Assembly: GCA_051294375.1 (NCBI GenBank)
Contig: CM119267.1
Span: 18,617,972-18,681,971, forward strand
Reading direction: 5' to 3'
Source of the DNA: Paraspadella gotoi
Lineage: Eukaryota > Animalia > Chaetognatha
Length of the DNA: 64,000 nt
Positions within the stretch are counted from its first letter, which is position 1. The number at the start of each line of letters is the position of its first letter. Positions 24,618-38,175 of the stretch are shown here, piece by piece. The position numbers were made by a program, and so were the translations under genes. The notes beneath the pieces are model-generated. The model searched no databases. It saw only the letters and a program-made list of their open reading frames with translations, and was not told where the DNA came from.

Positions 24618-24829
24618 CTGAAAAAGATCGTATACGGAGGGAAACACGAAACAAAATCAATCTAAAAAATATTAAAAAAATGTTTTTGTTTATTCAATGA
24701 AATTTAAATTTAAATCAATTTTTATTCAATCATAGTAAAAAAAAACATCATACTTAAACTAAAGTTTAGCTTCATACGTACGGTACTATGAATTTTTTTT
24801 TTTATTTACGTATTTCGATTTATTACTAC

Positions 24830-25108
24830 CAACGACGTTGTTTCCGTGATATTCATTACCCCTGACGAAGAAGACGGTGACGTCGTCGACGACGACGTCG
24901 AGAGCTTCGCCGCCTCCGTCGCAACCCCCTCCGGCCAATCCAAGTCGTCGAAGAGACGTTTGACCGAAGTCTCCTCCCAGCCGCCGCCGCAGCGATTTTG
25001 CAAGTTAAAAACGGGCGGCGCGGCGGCGCAGGAGCTGTCGGCGTCGATGCTGCCGACGAAGAATTTGAGGAAGAAGGAAGCGTAAAGGACGAACGCGTTG
25101 GCGAGCAT
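24830..25108 (-). CDS. Secreted C-type lectin, exon 1 (signal peptide plus Ser/Thr-rich stalk); gene span 24174-25108
   Basis: Encodes MLANAFVLYASFFLKFFVGSIDA...STSSSTTSPSSSSGVMNITETTSL. Phase-0 donor is either gtagta (exon end 24830) or gtaata (exon end 24827). Confidence 0.65.
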
Positions 25109-25676
25109 TTTCGCGAAGGCTTAATTCAGATACGAGAAGAGAATCGGATCTGTGCCAGAAATGAGATTTTCGTCCTTCGGTAATTACGTTTAAAAACCGA
25201 ATTTTTCGGCGAGGGACAAGTTTCGTTCTCGTCATGTATAATTGGATATTTTGATATTTCATAATCATATTTATCTTGACTACGAAAACAAAAGATTTCG
25301 GGACAATATTGTGTACGTTTAACCGAAGGACGATCGATTTTTACCGACGAAATGGACCCAAAGAAATTTCGGGTTTCAGTCGGAAATTATTTTAGATTTC
25401 AGAAAAGAATTATCCTCGTCTGGATTATTTTATATCCCGTTCCATCTCTTTATTTTCATCTTTCCATCCAATTCCCCATTCTACATTAAATTCATCCTTT
25501 CCTTCCCTTTTATTTTAGATTTTTTTTTTCTTGAACCCACATTTGGGCCATTTGGCCCACGGCAATAAAATCTATATGTCATACTTATAAAATTAATTTA
25601 AAAACCTCGAGTCCTTAAGAAAACCTATCGAAGATAATCGTAAAAAGAAAAAAAAAGGGGATTTTAACGCTTTGGA

Positions 25677-25737
25677 CAAGATGGCGTCCTTGAGAAAAGA
25701 CAAAAGACTTTTTGTTATGCTAACGGCCCTCTGGTGG
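25677..25737. promoter_or_regulatory. YY1-like (CAAGATGGCG) and CTCF-like (CCACCAGAGGGC on the - strand) motifs
   Basis: CAAGATGGCG at 25677-25686 and GCCCTCTGGTGG at 25726-25737. Motif matches only. Confidence 0.35.
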
Positions 25738-27425
25738 AGGAGCGCAGAAGACCCATCCGGCGATAAAATTATTCCCCCTCTTTTTTTTTTCTTTTTTCCT
25801 TTTTATTTCTTTCTCTTTTCCTCGTTGATTTTTTCTTGGTTTTTTTTTATATTTTCTTTCTCTCCTTCTTGAGATTCATTTGAAAGTTTGTTCTTTCGAA
25901 TTCCGATTGAGTCTTATTTTTTAGGAACGAGCACGACGATTAGGAAATGATTAAGAAATGAGTGAGAAATTATTACCATATGAAAAGATTTGAGATTTAT
26001 TTGAGTCAATCATATGAGGCGGAAGATTTTATCAATTGTGAATTTAAAACTAAAAATATGAAATATTCATATCGACATTCAATTCAACGAATTCGTGAAA
26101 CGGATTAAAATATGATTCTGAATAAGATTAACTTAATTCAAAAGACATTAAGGCAGAATTTTCTTTCAAAATTCAGGTAGAGAGAAAAAAAAAATTCTCT
26201 AACGTCGATGACATTTTATTATTTTGACCTTTATAATTTTCAATTATAGGTAAACAATTTATGATTTTGTTAATAATTTTTATGTTATTTATTCTTTCAG
26301 AATTTTTCTTCCTAATTTAAATTTTAACTAGCTAACCGTTTAACTTTTGTAAGTTTTTCTCTTTCTTTTTGACTGTTGCTCAGTCGTCGGAGTTGAATAA
26401 CAACAGATCTGAAGCAATTCTCACTGAACTTTCTCGCGCCTTTTTCTGCCCATCAGTCGGTGCCTCCTTCCCCCAAGTCGTAATCAATCTCTTCTGACAA
26501 CCAGTTTTTTTGCCCCCCCCCATTCATGCTACATATTTCTGCCACTTATGTTCCACGAATCTGATCCACTTATTCATGGAGAAACAATCATTAGTAGACT
26601 GGCACAAAATTGGCTGGGTCTGGGAGAGAAAGAGAGAGAGGAGAGGAGGAGACAGAGGAGAGAGAGAGGAGAAAGAGAGAAGAGGAGAGGAGAGAGAGAG
26701 AGACGAGAGAGAATAAAAAACACGAATCTCATTAATCAGACCCAATTTATCCAGAGAGCAAGAGTGCGAGTCTGCAGTTTCACAAATGAGTTGACATCGA
26801 ATTAACAATGATGGAAAAATCACCAAAAAAAAAAAAAGATTTTGATTTTTTATTAGTACAACTGAACAAACAAAAACAAATCTATATAAACTTTACCAAA
26901 GAGAAAAGACAAAGTTACGAAGTGAAAAAAATCGAAAAAAAGGTTCGTTGAAACTGAAAGGCCACGACCCTCTGGGCTGCATAGTGTTTATGTGCGATAT
27001 GGGCTATGTTTACGGTACATGTTTTTTTAGAGCGAGAGAGAGAGAGCTTGAGAGACAGAAGGAAAGAGAGAGAGAGAAATAGACGGAAGAGAGAGAGAGA
27101 GAGAGAGAGTGCAGCTTGCCTTATGCCCATTCAATTCCATCCCATTCCATCTCAAGTAGTATAAAAGTTTTTTTTACTTAATCTAAAAGCAGAACAATAA
27201 TGAAGTATGACAATTGAGAGACGGATGAACGCTCATTTGAAGTTTTTTTTCAACCAATAAGATCTTCCATGACTACATGAATATTTATTGATATTTATTT
27301 TTTAAGCTTTTCTATGCGGTAAAACTTGTCATCTAGTAATTCAACGCCGTTCTTAACAATTTCCAATATCTTTTGAACTTCACTCTTATTTCTTTTCCGC
27401 CCAATGCCCTTTTGTTTTTTCGCAG

Positions 27426-27535
27426 ATTGCTACAGCTCTTCCTGCTTCTGCCTCAAGTCGCGCCGACCGCAAAATGGAAACTACCGGCGCCCGCCAAATT
27501 TGGTCGGTCTGTCGCAACCCGGGAAAAAAAGTTAG
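27426..27535 (+). CDS. KCNMB: Probable last coding exon of the KCNMB-like gene (cytoplasmic tail)
   Basis: Strong acceptor tttgttttttcgcag|, compatible with phase 1. Encodes (D)CYSSSCFCLKSRRPQNGNYRRPPNLVGLSQPGKKS*, a juxtamembrane Cys/basic tail. AATAAA signals lie downstream (~27860, ~27933). An alternative short last exon at 24068-24084 (GLIIT*) is possible. Confidence 0.5.
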
Positions 27536-27619
27536 TGAGAAAACGATTTGACTGAAAACTGAAAGAAAAAAACTGAAAAATAATTGGTATAGAAATTGAC
27601 GAGATTTTCGAGTTTTTAA

Positions 27620-27725
<106 letters not shown>

Positions 27726-28026
27726 CTCTCTTGTTAAAGCAGCGAGTCGCGACCTTTCGACTCATGACGTGCTTTGGTTTCGAGTGACTTTTGAGTTTCA
27801 AAAAATAAGTGAATGAAAGTATGAAAGTATGTAGTAAAAAATGTTTTGAAACGAAATTAATAAAAAAAAAACTTTGCATAGAGAATGTTACAAAGAAGTT
27901 TACAGTATCAAACTGATAAATAACTATACCTAAATAAAAGAGAAACTTGGAAAGAAGCGATAAGTATATATGAAAATAAAATTCATAAAAATGAACTATT
28001 ATCTCCCCTTCCCCTTTCTACCCTTA

Positions 28027-28500
28027 CCCCCCAAAACAGAACCCACCCGAACCCTCCCGCTTTCTAGCGACTGCAACTCCCCCTCGGTCTCTCTCGGAAC
28101 CAGCGTCTCCTGCCTCCGAAACGGTGACCCGCCCGGCCGCGCCCTCTCCGCCGACCCGCCCCCGATCGGCAAGAGACCGAAAACCAAACAAAAGGCGCCC
28201 GACGACGACGTCGACGTCGTCACGGTTCACGTCCTTAAATCGTGAACCGGAAGTCGTTAATAGTGGGCGTGGCGACGAGAACGAATGAACAAATCGGCTA
28301 ATCGATAGATCACAAATAGACGCAAATTAAAAGAAGAAAAAGAAAAACTCAAACCGGACAAACCGAAGGAAGTCGGCCGCGGTTGAACCAATCAAATAAC
28401 GTCAGGCTTTTGTTTGAAGTTCTGGACTCCGAACTCGATCCCAGCGCCCATTTGATTTTCACTTTTGAATTTTAGCGCCATTCGGAGACAAAAGATCAAT
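28027..28500 (-). promoter_or_regulatory. CpG-island promoter with a probable non-coding first exon on the - strand
   Basis: CCGGAAGT (28247-28254), GGGCGTGG GC-box, CCAAT and ATGGCG motifs. A GC-rich minus-strand segment ends at a gggg|gtaagg donor (28026) and has no ATG-initiated ORF. Confidence 0.45.
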
Positions 28501-29976
28501 AGATATGGTTTTTCGTTTGGTTTGGTTTGGTTTTCGTATTTGGTTTTCGCGTCTGGCGAAGACCAAAAAAAAAAAAAGAATAATTTTTTAAGCAATACGA
28601 CTCATGAATTCGTACTTAATGATAATTATTTTTATGATTCTGTTTTTTTTTTTAAACTTTATTTAGTTTTTCCGTATTTGACTTTTTTTCTCGCAAATCG
28701 ACGGACCGTAACGCGTTCGCCCCAATCCGTTTCAACTCGAGCAGTTGAACATAGAAAAGCCATAGACACGATTTGGCAAATTCGGCTGTTCAATGTGTTT
28801 ATATACTTTTTATTCTTTACAAAGAAACTCGTTTTACTGTAATTTAGCTTGTACTTCCTGTGTTGTTTCCCATAAAAACCCAACAATAATCGTTAAAAAA
28901 CAAAAAAAAAAGGATAAATACAGGTGGCGACCGACCTTATATATATTTAATCGTAGACATTCTCATAGAAATTAATAATAACATCTTTGTTGCGACTGAC
29001 GACGTGGAAAAATAAAAGGGAATTCCGTTATTTCAAACAATAATAGTAGCCTATTTTAAAAGAAAAAATATGAAAATTATATTCTTTTTACTACAAAATA
29101 AATTTTTTTTAATAGATCTTTTTATTTTTTTTAACAGCGGTTAAAGTGTCTGTCCCATTTCTTGGTCGCTTCCCCTCGTTTTTTTTTCTCCCGAAGAGAG
29201 ATTTGTTTTCACCTAAAACATAACAGTGATGACTTATTTTTTTTTACATAATAAAAAAAAAACCTAAAAATATTAGCCTTTTTTCAATTCAAAACCAGTT
29301 CATCTCAGTCACGATAAAAACAACTCGTTTATTCCAATTCCAACAGAAACTTCTCGAACAAAAAATAGCTAATGTTTTATATAGATCACGCAATCCTAGG
29401 TTAAAAAAAAAAAAAATTAAAATTGACTAACTCGATTAGAATTTCTTGGAAATAAGGGAAAAAAGAAATCTAATTTATGCGGAACGAAATTACGGAATTA
29501 AGAGCGACGTCGAAGGTGGCGGCGGCGGCGGCGGCGGCGGAGGCGGCGGAGGCGGCGGTAAAGACGGCAGAGGAGACGGCAGCTTTGGTTTATGGTCAGG
29601 GTCAGGATTCCGATCGGAATTAGGGAATTCGTTAATCAGAATGAATAATTAGCCTTTCGGCCAGTGCCGCAAATTTATCATGGCTTGATTTTTTTGTGTG
29701 TGTGTGGCTACCTACCTAAATGCTACTGTGGATTTAAAAAAAAAAAAAAAAAAAAAATTTAAATTCAAATTCTTCTGAGAACAAAAAAAAAAAAAAAAAC
29801 AACAACTAAGATTAATAAAAAAAGCAAAAAAAAAAGAATGAAGCGCATTAATCAACGATTTCACAAAAATTCATTAGCGATTTAGATTGAAACGTCCGAA
29901 GCGGAAAGAGTGAGACTGGAATACTTGGCAAAATCAGTTTCTGTCACGCTCATCGATCCTACATGGAAGTAGCGTC

Positions 29977-30069
29977 TCACGGGATCGACGACACTCTGTT
30001 GTTGTTGTTGTTGTTGTAGTTTCCACCGCTGGTATTGTTTTCCTCCCATCCACTCCCGCTGCTCTGGAA

Positions 30070-30108
<39 letters not shown>

Positions 30109-30208
30109 TTGCTTTCTTCCCGCGGCGCTTTGTTTACTTTTCTCGTTTCCTCCCGAGATTTGGTTTTGATTCTGATTGGCGCGAATTTCCGCGGCGTCGA
30201 TGGTGATG
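29977..30208 (-). CDS. Same gene: probable last exon (poly-Asp, SGSG, poly-Asn) ending in TGA
   Basis: ttttccctgaccaatcag|(S)ITIDAAEIRANQNQNQISGGNEKSKQSAAGRKQID(n)FQSSGSGWEENNTSGGNYNNNNNNRVSSIP*, compatible with phase 2. Confidence 0.6.
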
Positions 30209-30558
30209 CTGATTGGTCAGGGAAAAAGAAAACCGGTTCGTCAAAAATTCCATCGAATTCTCATGGCGACGAAACTTTCAATTGCGGAGAAAAAATGCAC
30301 ATCGTGTTCTTTAACGGAAAGTCGCTTCCGCTCCGGAAATTTATAAACTAAGAACTCAACTTTGTAAACCATTCGCACGTTTTATTCCTGCCTCAATTTA
30401 GCATTAATAATGACATATAAGTACAAAAACTATTCATTCGATAAATATAAGCTATCATAGTTCAATAGACAATGGTGGTATATCAGATTATGTGATAGTA
30501 CATAACAAAAATTCGTCCTTAACCCGAAAACCCTTGCCATCAAAAACATCGAACTCAC

Positions 30559-30698
30559 CTCAGCTTCTTCTCTGCGACCATTGGCCTCTCCCACTTCCTG
30601 CTCTTCCTTTTCTCCTCCCTCCTCTTCCTCGCCTCCTCCGCTCCTCTCCTCCCTTCCTCCCTCCTTTCCTCCCTTTCTTCCGCGATGTCGGACACTGG

Positions 30699-30730
<32 letters not shown>

Positions 30731-30784
30731 AGAAGATTCGATCGTCGTCGACGGCGGGAACGCAGGCGTCGACGACGACGGCTC
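30559..30784 (-). CDS. Same gene: acidic/basic exon
   Basis: ccataccag|(G)AVVVDACVPAVDDDRIFYD(n)EPVSDIAEEREERREEGRRGAEEARKRREEKRKSRKWERPMVAEKKL|gtgagt. The GA....C completes the Ephrin_rec_like repeat. Confidence 0.72.
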
Positions 30785-30835
30785 CTGGTATGGAAAAAAG
30801 GAGTGAGTGGAACTGGAAACAAAATAGCAACGGAC

Positions 30836-30938
<103 letters not shown>

Positions 30939-31252
30939 TTTAATTTCAAAACCAATTTTTTACGTCTCGGGAAAAAAAAACAGCAGAAATTTTACTTTCG
31001 TATTTCGATTCCACGTACCTCTCCTTTTTCCCAACCTTCCGCCGAGAAAAAAAGAAGAATAAAGAAAAAAAAACGTCAAGGATCTCTCCTTTTTCTCTCT
31101 TTCCCTCGGATTCCGAGGTCGTAACAATAAAAACAACGACGACAACAATAAACCGAAACGATAAAAACACCGAACCGGCGACGTTGACCCAAAGAACGAA
31201 CAATAAAAACAAACTTTTTCGACACAAAAAACAATTAGTGGAAGGGGATCAT

Positions 31253-31301
<49 letters not shown>

Positions 31302-31307
31302 ACCTAC

Positions 31308-31439
31308 CAGGAATGGAGATGTCTGTCGCTCCGGGGCAAATCTTGCAGGAGAACTGACCCGGTAGATCCTGGTAAGTTCCAGCGGGGCACAGCTGACACT
31401 GGCCGCTTTGTCTAACCATGTAGCTTCCTCGCGGACAGA
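31308..31439 (-). CDS. Same gene: Ephrin_rec_like (GCC2/GCC3) Cys-rich exon
   Basis: ttctctcag|(I)CPRGSYMVRQSGQCQLCPAGTYQDLPGQFSCKICPGATDISIP|gtaggt. Not present in the ORF track. Confidence 0.85.
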
Positions 31440-32475
31440 CTGAGAGAAAGAGTGAAGGGAACGAGTAATGGGATAGACGACGATATTAACGACGACGATA
31501 TAACCATATATAACTATGACGAAAACTTTTAGTTCCGAAATGATATTTGCTAGATCGGTTCCGCGCGACGCGCCCTGTATGTCTGAACGAAAACCACCTG
31601 CGTATATAAATATTATATATCGCTCCAGAATTGATTATCATAACAGGACGACGGAAACCGAGAGGATTTAATCAGCGGAAAATATTTATGATTAACTGCC
31701 GAAATTTGGTTCGCCGATGAACGTGTTACGAAAACGTAATAAAAAAATACAGACTGAAGCGCACGTCTATTTCGATCGGTTAAAGAAAAACATTATTTAG
31801 CTGAATATATCGACTACTTCATCGGGAAATGCCAATTCAAAAGACTCCTCTGGAGGAACCGTGCACAAGTTTAGCAAATTATCGGATTCTCGATCGCGAT
31901 TTCCTTGAAAACAAAAGGGAAGCGGAGACTTGATTATTTTTCTCCGCGAAGACAAGAAAGTGGAAATGAAAACAAAAAAAAAACTTTGGAGTTGGTAGAG
32001 GTGGGAGAAAGGGGAGAGAGGGGGGGAGGAAGTAGAGGTTGGGTAAAGTGGTTGAGGATTGCGAGAAAGGTTAGAGAAGGGGAAAAAGGTAGAAGATGGG
32101 GAAAGGGTAGCAGATGAGAGTGTTCATAATCTCATTTGCATATTGCGGTGCGGTTAATCGTAACTCTTCATACAGGTTTTCTCCTTATTACCTCAGCCTA
32201 CTAGATGAGCATGCTATCAATATTTAAATTTTAATCTAAAAGCAAATTGTGCTGGAGTATCGGTGAATTTTTGTTTCTGTATAATTCTAAGAAATAAAAT
32301 GAGAGCTTGTAAGAGGACTGATACGCAGTAGGATAGTTTATGGCAGCATATTTATTAGTATATCTGAACAATTTTCATGGAATTGAAATCGAATCGAATG
32401 TCTACGTGTAAAGGTTATTCTTCTGACTTTTATAATATAAAATCGCCTGCACCTGATCCTAAATTCTTTACGTAC

Positions 32476-32697
32476 TTTTTTCCGTTCCCCTCCCGGGCAC
32501 GACCTCGCAGGTGGGAGTGGAGCCCGACCAAGTCTGCATCGGCGTGCAGAGAGTCAGCGAGACGCCCCGCAGCCGAAAGCCCGCGCGGCACGAGTAGCGG
32601 CACTGGAAGCCCATGAGGACCTCGCCCGTCACGCATCGGGGCGGGGAGACGAAGCCGTTCGTTGGTGGAGAGACGCCTCCGCAAATCTTGGGAATGG
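32476..32697 (-). CDS. Same gene: CCP/Sushi exon
   Basis: aag|(A)IPKICGGVSPPTNGFVSPPRCVTGEVLMGFQCRYSCRAGFRLRGVSLTLCTPMQTWSGSTPTCEVVPGRGTEK|gtacgt, phase 1/1. Confidence 0.82.
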
Positions 32698-34229
32698 CTT
32701 TGGGTCGGAATGGAAAAAGATAAGGTGAGGAGATTAGGGCTGAAGTCGACGATATGTAAATTGATGAGGAGTCGAAGATTAAGGATGACACGGAGGGAAT
32801 GACTGATAAGCGGTTGGAGAAAGAGATGGGGGACGAAGGAGGGAAAGAGTTAATGAAGGAAGAGACGACAGATAGAATACAGATGGAATACAGATGGAAA
32901 CCAAGGGGAAATCGAGACAAAGAAAAAAGAAGAGTTCGGAGACAGAAACCCGTTTAAAACCAAAAAAAAAGAAGAAGAAAAAAGTTAAAAAGCCGAAAAT
33001 CGACAAAGACGATCATGGTGAGAAAATTTGAAAAGTTAAAAGATTAAAATTTGGACGGATTTGATGAATGAACTGGATTTAGGAAAGTTTTAAAAAGTCA
33101 GAAAAAATAGAGTGAAAAGCGAAGTGGGAAACCAAATTGAAAGATCAGATATGAATTTAGTTTTAGTTTTAAAACGAAAAATTAAAGAAGTCGGTATGAA
33201 TGAAGAAAGCACTACCTTGGATTATAAATGTCAATACCGAAACATTGTTTCCAAGAATCTCACCACCGAAAGACGACCTGGTCTTCTTTCTCTCAAAATA
33301 CTATTATAATAATGAGATGGTTCGGTGTCGCCGAGCCGCGATAAAAATGGAATTGGTCCGTCGCGGCGAATAAAAGAGAAAAGAAAACCCTTTTAGAAAA
33401 AAAGAAAACAAAAAGAGAAGAAATAAGGAGAGGGTGATTTTTTTCAATTTGATCCATCAAAATAGAATAATTTTTTTTCGCCTTACGATTCGAACCGCAA
33501 AGGACAAAGAAATATATTTCAAACTCGAGAAAGAAATTTTGGCGCGTGTTTTTTAAATATTGCCCCTTTTCTGTTCCTACTCTCTGAATTTAATTTTAAT
33601 CTTAAAATCAGAATAAAATATTCTTTTGATTGCTTTAAATAACCTAATTCCTAACCATATTCCCTAATTTCAATCCCTAATTCCTAACCATAATTTCTAA
33701 CCATATTTTTTAACCCCAAACCATAATATTTTAAACGTAAACAAATTTAAAGACAAATTTAATTTCGAATTTAAGCCGAAAACGAGCTCTTTCGGAAAAA
33801 GAAGGCCAAAAAATTTGACGTTTCGATTTGAAAATGAGAAGAGAGAAATGAAATTCTTGACCTTCTAATCTCTTTTCTCTTTTTTCTTTCTTTCCCCTCG
33901 CAACGGAATTTGCATCGGATTTACATTTTTTTTGGGCCCAAGAAATTCGACACGAAATTTGAAACTCGAGGGGGAAATTGGCGAGAATCGTAAAATGCGT
34001 TATTGTGAATAATTTTTTGGGCGTTTTGAAGAGTTGTAAATTCTGGTAGTTTTGATGGTTTGAAAGATTTGTTTTGTGTAGATTGAAAGTGCGAAACTTA
34101 ACGGGATTGAGATGATGAAAGGATATATATGAAAGAAAGTACAAAGTGATAAACAGAATTTGTTTAAAATATTTCATTGTTCTAATATTTATTGAAATAA
34201 TGAAAAATTGAATATTGTTTAAAAGTTAC

Positions 34230-34352
34230 CTTTGCACATGACTTTGTCATCCATCAACTCCATATCTTCGGGACACGAGCAAGACCGCGCGCCAATCTCG
34301 TTGTGGCAGTTGTGGCTGCAGCCGCCATTTTGAAAACTGCACTCGTCGACGT
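34230..34352 (-). CDS. EGF-CCP-Ephrin_rec_like (SVEP1/SCUBE-like) extracellular protein: Ca-binding EGF exon (5' exons not found)
   Basis: ccgccag|(D)VDECSFQNGGCSHNCHNEIGARSCSCPEDMELMDDKVMCK|gtaact, phase 1/1. Confidence 0.88.
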
Positions 34353-35034
34353 CTGGCGGTAAAAGAAAGAAAAGCGAGACAATATAAATTCTCAACGGCG
34401 AAATAAAAAAAGAAAACAAAAGACAAATTGAGAAATTTTAAAGAAAAAAAAAAAAAGCAACATAATTTTAATTTTCGCAACAATTCTCTCCATTTGTTAC
34501 AAACTGCGATGGAACTGGAAGCCATTTTGAACGGCCGCCTCTGCTACGTATTAAAAACCCCCATAAAAATTTCTTCGTAAAATGAACTTTTCCTAGAAAG
34601 TAATAAACGGGATATTAATCGTAAGTTTGAAAAAAGACCGCGGCGCCAGTGGGGCTGAAAGCCGAGGCTCCCTTTTGTTGAACAATGAGGAAAAAATAAG
34701 GTTTTAAAAGTCCGAGAGATGTCGTTTTAAAACCAGAGGGAACGACCGCTGAGAATGAGTTGTCAAACAGTCATTTAATATTAGTTAGAAAATCATTCAA
34801 CCGGAAAACAATTTATTTCCCTTGGTTCGTTGTTTTTTGTCGCCATGGTGACGGCAAACGGTAAACATTTCTTTTTTCTTTCTTCGGCGTCGGAACGCGT
34901 CCATCGAAGGCTGTTGCCGTTTAGAGTCATTATCCGATGCCCGGTTAATTTATCGTCATCATACCTTCGCCCTGCGGTCGTTGCGACTTCCGAAGTTTGT
35001 TTAATCTTTCGAAGAACGTTAGTATGCATGGACT

Positions 35035-35727
35035 AGTTATCGACAAGATTGTGTCACTTAATAGTCCGTATCGACAAAAAGAGAAGACCTGGAGAGAGCT
35101 ATGTCGTGAAACAAAGTCGATCGAACTGTCATGTTTTATGACGATTGAGTTGAAAGACCGAGGGACTTTGAAGATGTCTTTTAAAACCTAAAGCGAACAA
35201 GCTCTGATACTGCCTCACGCCGTCGTAAGACGTCGTCGATATCATCACTAATCTCCATTCCTGCGCTTCGTCGTCGTCGCATCCCTATCGCCGTCGTCTA
35301 TCACCCATGAAAATGGTAGGAAAAACATTTATCGCGCCTTACAAAAGTTTTTCTCTTGTTATAAACGAGAGTCAGAACAGAAGCGGCGTTAGCGAGGTCG
35401 ACGCGTCGTCGTCATCTTCATCTTCGTCATCATCGTCGTCGACCGTTTACCGGCGTCACCAATTAACAATTAACCGGGATAGAATGAGGATGGATGTGGA
35501 CGCATATAGTGGCACCGACCATTGGCGACGCTTGACTTAAATAAGAAACAATGATCACCGCGTTTTTCCGACGCTATATTCTGAAAGCGCCCAATTTCTT
35601 TTCCATAAACCCTAATCCTTAATCCGTCGATTGTTAGCAGTTGTGATCAAGGTGCACGGTGACGTACACCTTTTCACTTGCGTCTGAGAACAAAAGAAAC
35701 TCAAATTGTTCAAAATGACGCTATAAT

Positions 35728-35810
<83 letters not shown>

Positions 35811-36912
35811 AGAAAGAATGATAGATTTATTTTCTTTTTTTTTTCCCCGAGATATCATTGATGGTGTATAACCGATGACGACGACGATGAATGATGATGA
35901 AGATGAATACGACGACCACGATGATAACGACGATCGAACACGGCCGGAAAAGGCGGTGAATAATTGAGAAGGCAATGAAGGAGACAAAAAAGTTTCCTCG
36001 GAAAACGACGTCGGCGATGATCGTTAAAAAGATTCGGACGACGAGAGAAAATTGACGGAAACAAAAGACGAAGAAAACAAAAGAGAAAAAGAGACGGAAA
36101 AAAAAAGGAGGCGGAGAGGACGTTGATTACGACGAAGACGACGATGAGAAAGGTCATTCCGATCTCGTTAGTTGGAGCTGAATTGAGTTAAAGGACATTT
36201 ATGATGAAGAGAAAGAAGAGATTGAGCGATTTAAGACGTTGAGGGTCAATGAGAATGCCAATGGTCAGAGTCAATTAAGACACCGTCAATGAAGTTTGAA
36301 TCGCGAAGAAAAAAGAAGGAGATAAACGCAATGATGGTATTACCCTCATTGATAACCCGAAAGATTGTTTAGCATTGCAATTGAGAATATTTTAGCTACG
36401 ATCGCCCTGGGAAACTGACTTATGTACAACGGTTATCATAACATTGTTAGCGGGCTGTCTTTAATAATTATTATTATTACATAGTCATGATTGAATTATG
36501 TTGCTGTGCGAAAAACCTGTCAGACCGCAGATAAAGAAATTGATTTCTTTTTCAAAAAACAATAATGAATTAGCTTGTTATTACTATTTAGGTTTCTGAT
36601 TTTAGATTAGAAGACACAAAGGCAAAAGCCAAGAGAAGAAAAAGGGCAAAGATTAAGAAAAAGTTAAAGGCAAAGACTCGGCTTTATATCAAACGGAACC
36701 AGAAAATAGGAGAGACGAAAAAGAAAAAAAGACTAAAAGCGTGAGAGATTGAGAGAGACGCCATGGAATCTTCGACGTGCCATCTTCAGTCTCCACTTTT
36801 CAGCCTCGGGAAGGAATAACGGGAAAAACCCTAAGCGGCGATCGCGAAGATGGTTTCCTGTCAAATCCCATGATTCATGCTTTTGGACGAAGGGAAAAAT
36901 TAAGGAGAGAGA

Positions 36913-36968
<56 letters not shown>

Positions 36969-36974
36969 TGAGGA

Positions 36975-37012
<38 letters not shown>

Positions 37013-38127
37013 AAGAGAGAGAGAGAGAAGGAGAGAGAGGAAGAGAAATAGATATCAGAAAGTGAATGTTCGCAACCAATTTCGTATGTCATGCGTCTCA
37101 AGTCTATTAGCTATAATAGGATTTTCGATTTTTAGTTTGCGCCGCGAGTACTACGCGCCGCCTAATTGTTTTTTTAAAAGAAAATCTCATATAAAACTAT
37201 GAAAATAAAAGACGTTATCCAATGCAGTACGTGGCCGGGGTGAAATACACGGAAATACACGGGATAACAAAGTCACTGGAGTCCGCAACACTCAACATTT
37301 GAATTGTCCGCTCTTGTTTTTAAAAAAATTAGGTTATCATTTACATCTTTCAGACAGACAAACAGAAATATCCAAAGGAAACCAATCCGAGTATTGAAGC
37401 AGGAGCNNNNNNNNNNNNNNNNNNNNNNNNNAGTTATCGACAAGATTGTGTCACTAATAGTCCGTATCGACGAAAAAGAGAAGACTGGAGAGAGCTATGT
37501 CGTGAAACAAGTCGATCGAACTGTCATGTCTTATGACGATTGAGTTGAAAGACCGAGGACTTTGAAGATGTCTTTAAACCTAAAGCGAACAAGCTCTGAT
37601 ACTGCCTCACGCCGTCGTAAGACGTCGTCGATATCATCACAATCTCCATCCTGCGCTTCGTCGTCGTCGTCATCCCTATCGCCGTCGTCTATCACCCATG
37701 AAAATGGTAGGAAAAACATTTATCGCGCCTTACAAAAGTTTTTCTCTGTTATAAACGAGAGTCAGAACAGAAGCGGCGTTAGCGAGGTCGACCGTCGTCG
37801 TCATCTTCATCTTCGTCATCATCGTCGTCGACCGTTTACGGCGTCACCATTAACAATTAACCGGGATGGATGAGGATGGATGTGGACGCATATTAGTGGC
37901 ACCGACCATTGGCGACGCTTGACTTAAATAAGAAACAACGATCACCGCGTTTTTCCGACGCTATATTCTGAAAGCGCCCAATTTCTTTTCCATAACCCTA
38001 ATCCTTAATCCGTCGATTGTTTAGCAGTTGTGAGTTCAAGGTGACACGGTGACGTACACCTTTCACTGGGTCTGAGAACAAATTGTTCAAAAATGACGCT
38101 ATAATAAGAGAGAGGGAGTGGGACACA

Positions 38128-38175
<48 letters not shown>

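Noticed and set aside
26367-26425. TTTTGACTGTTGCTCAG resembles miR-315
   Set aside because: The seed is mismatched and the hairpin is weak. It is better explained as a polypyrimidine tract plus CAG.
33640-33722. Degenerate CCTAA runs resembling telomeric repeats
   Set aside because: They are irregular, short and intronic, with no true (TTAGG)n or (TTAGGG)n array.
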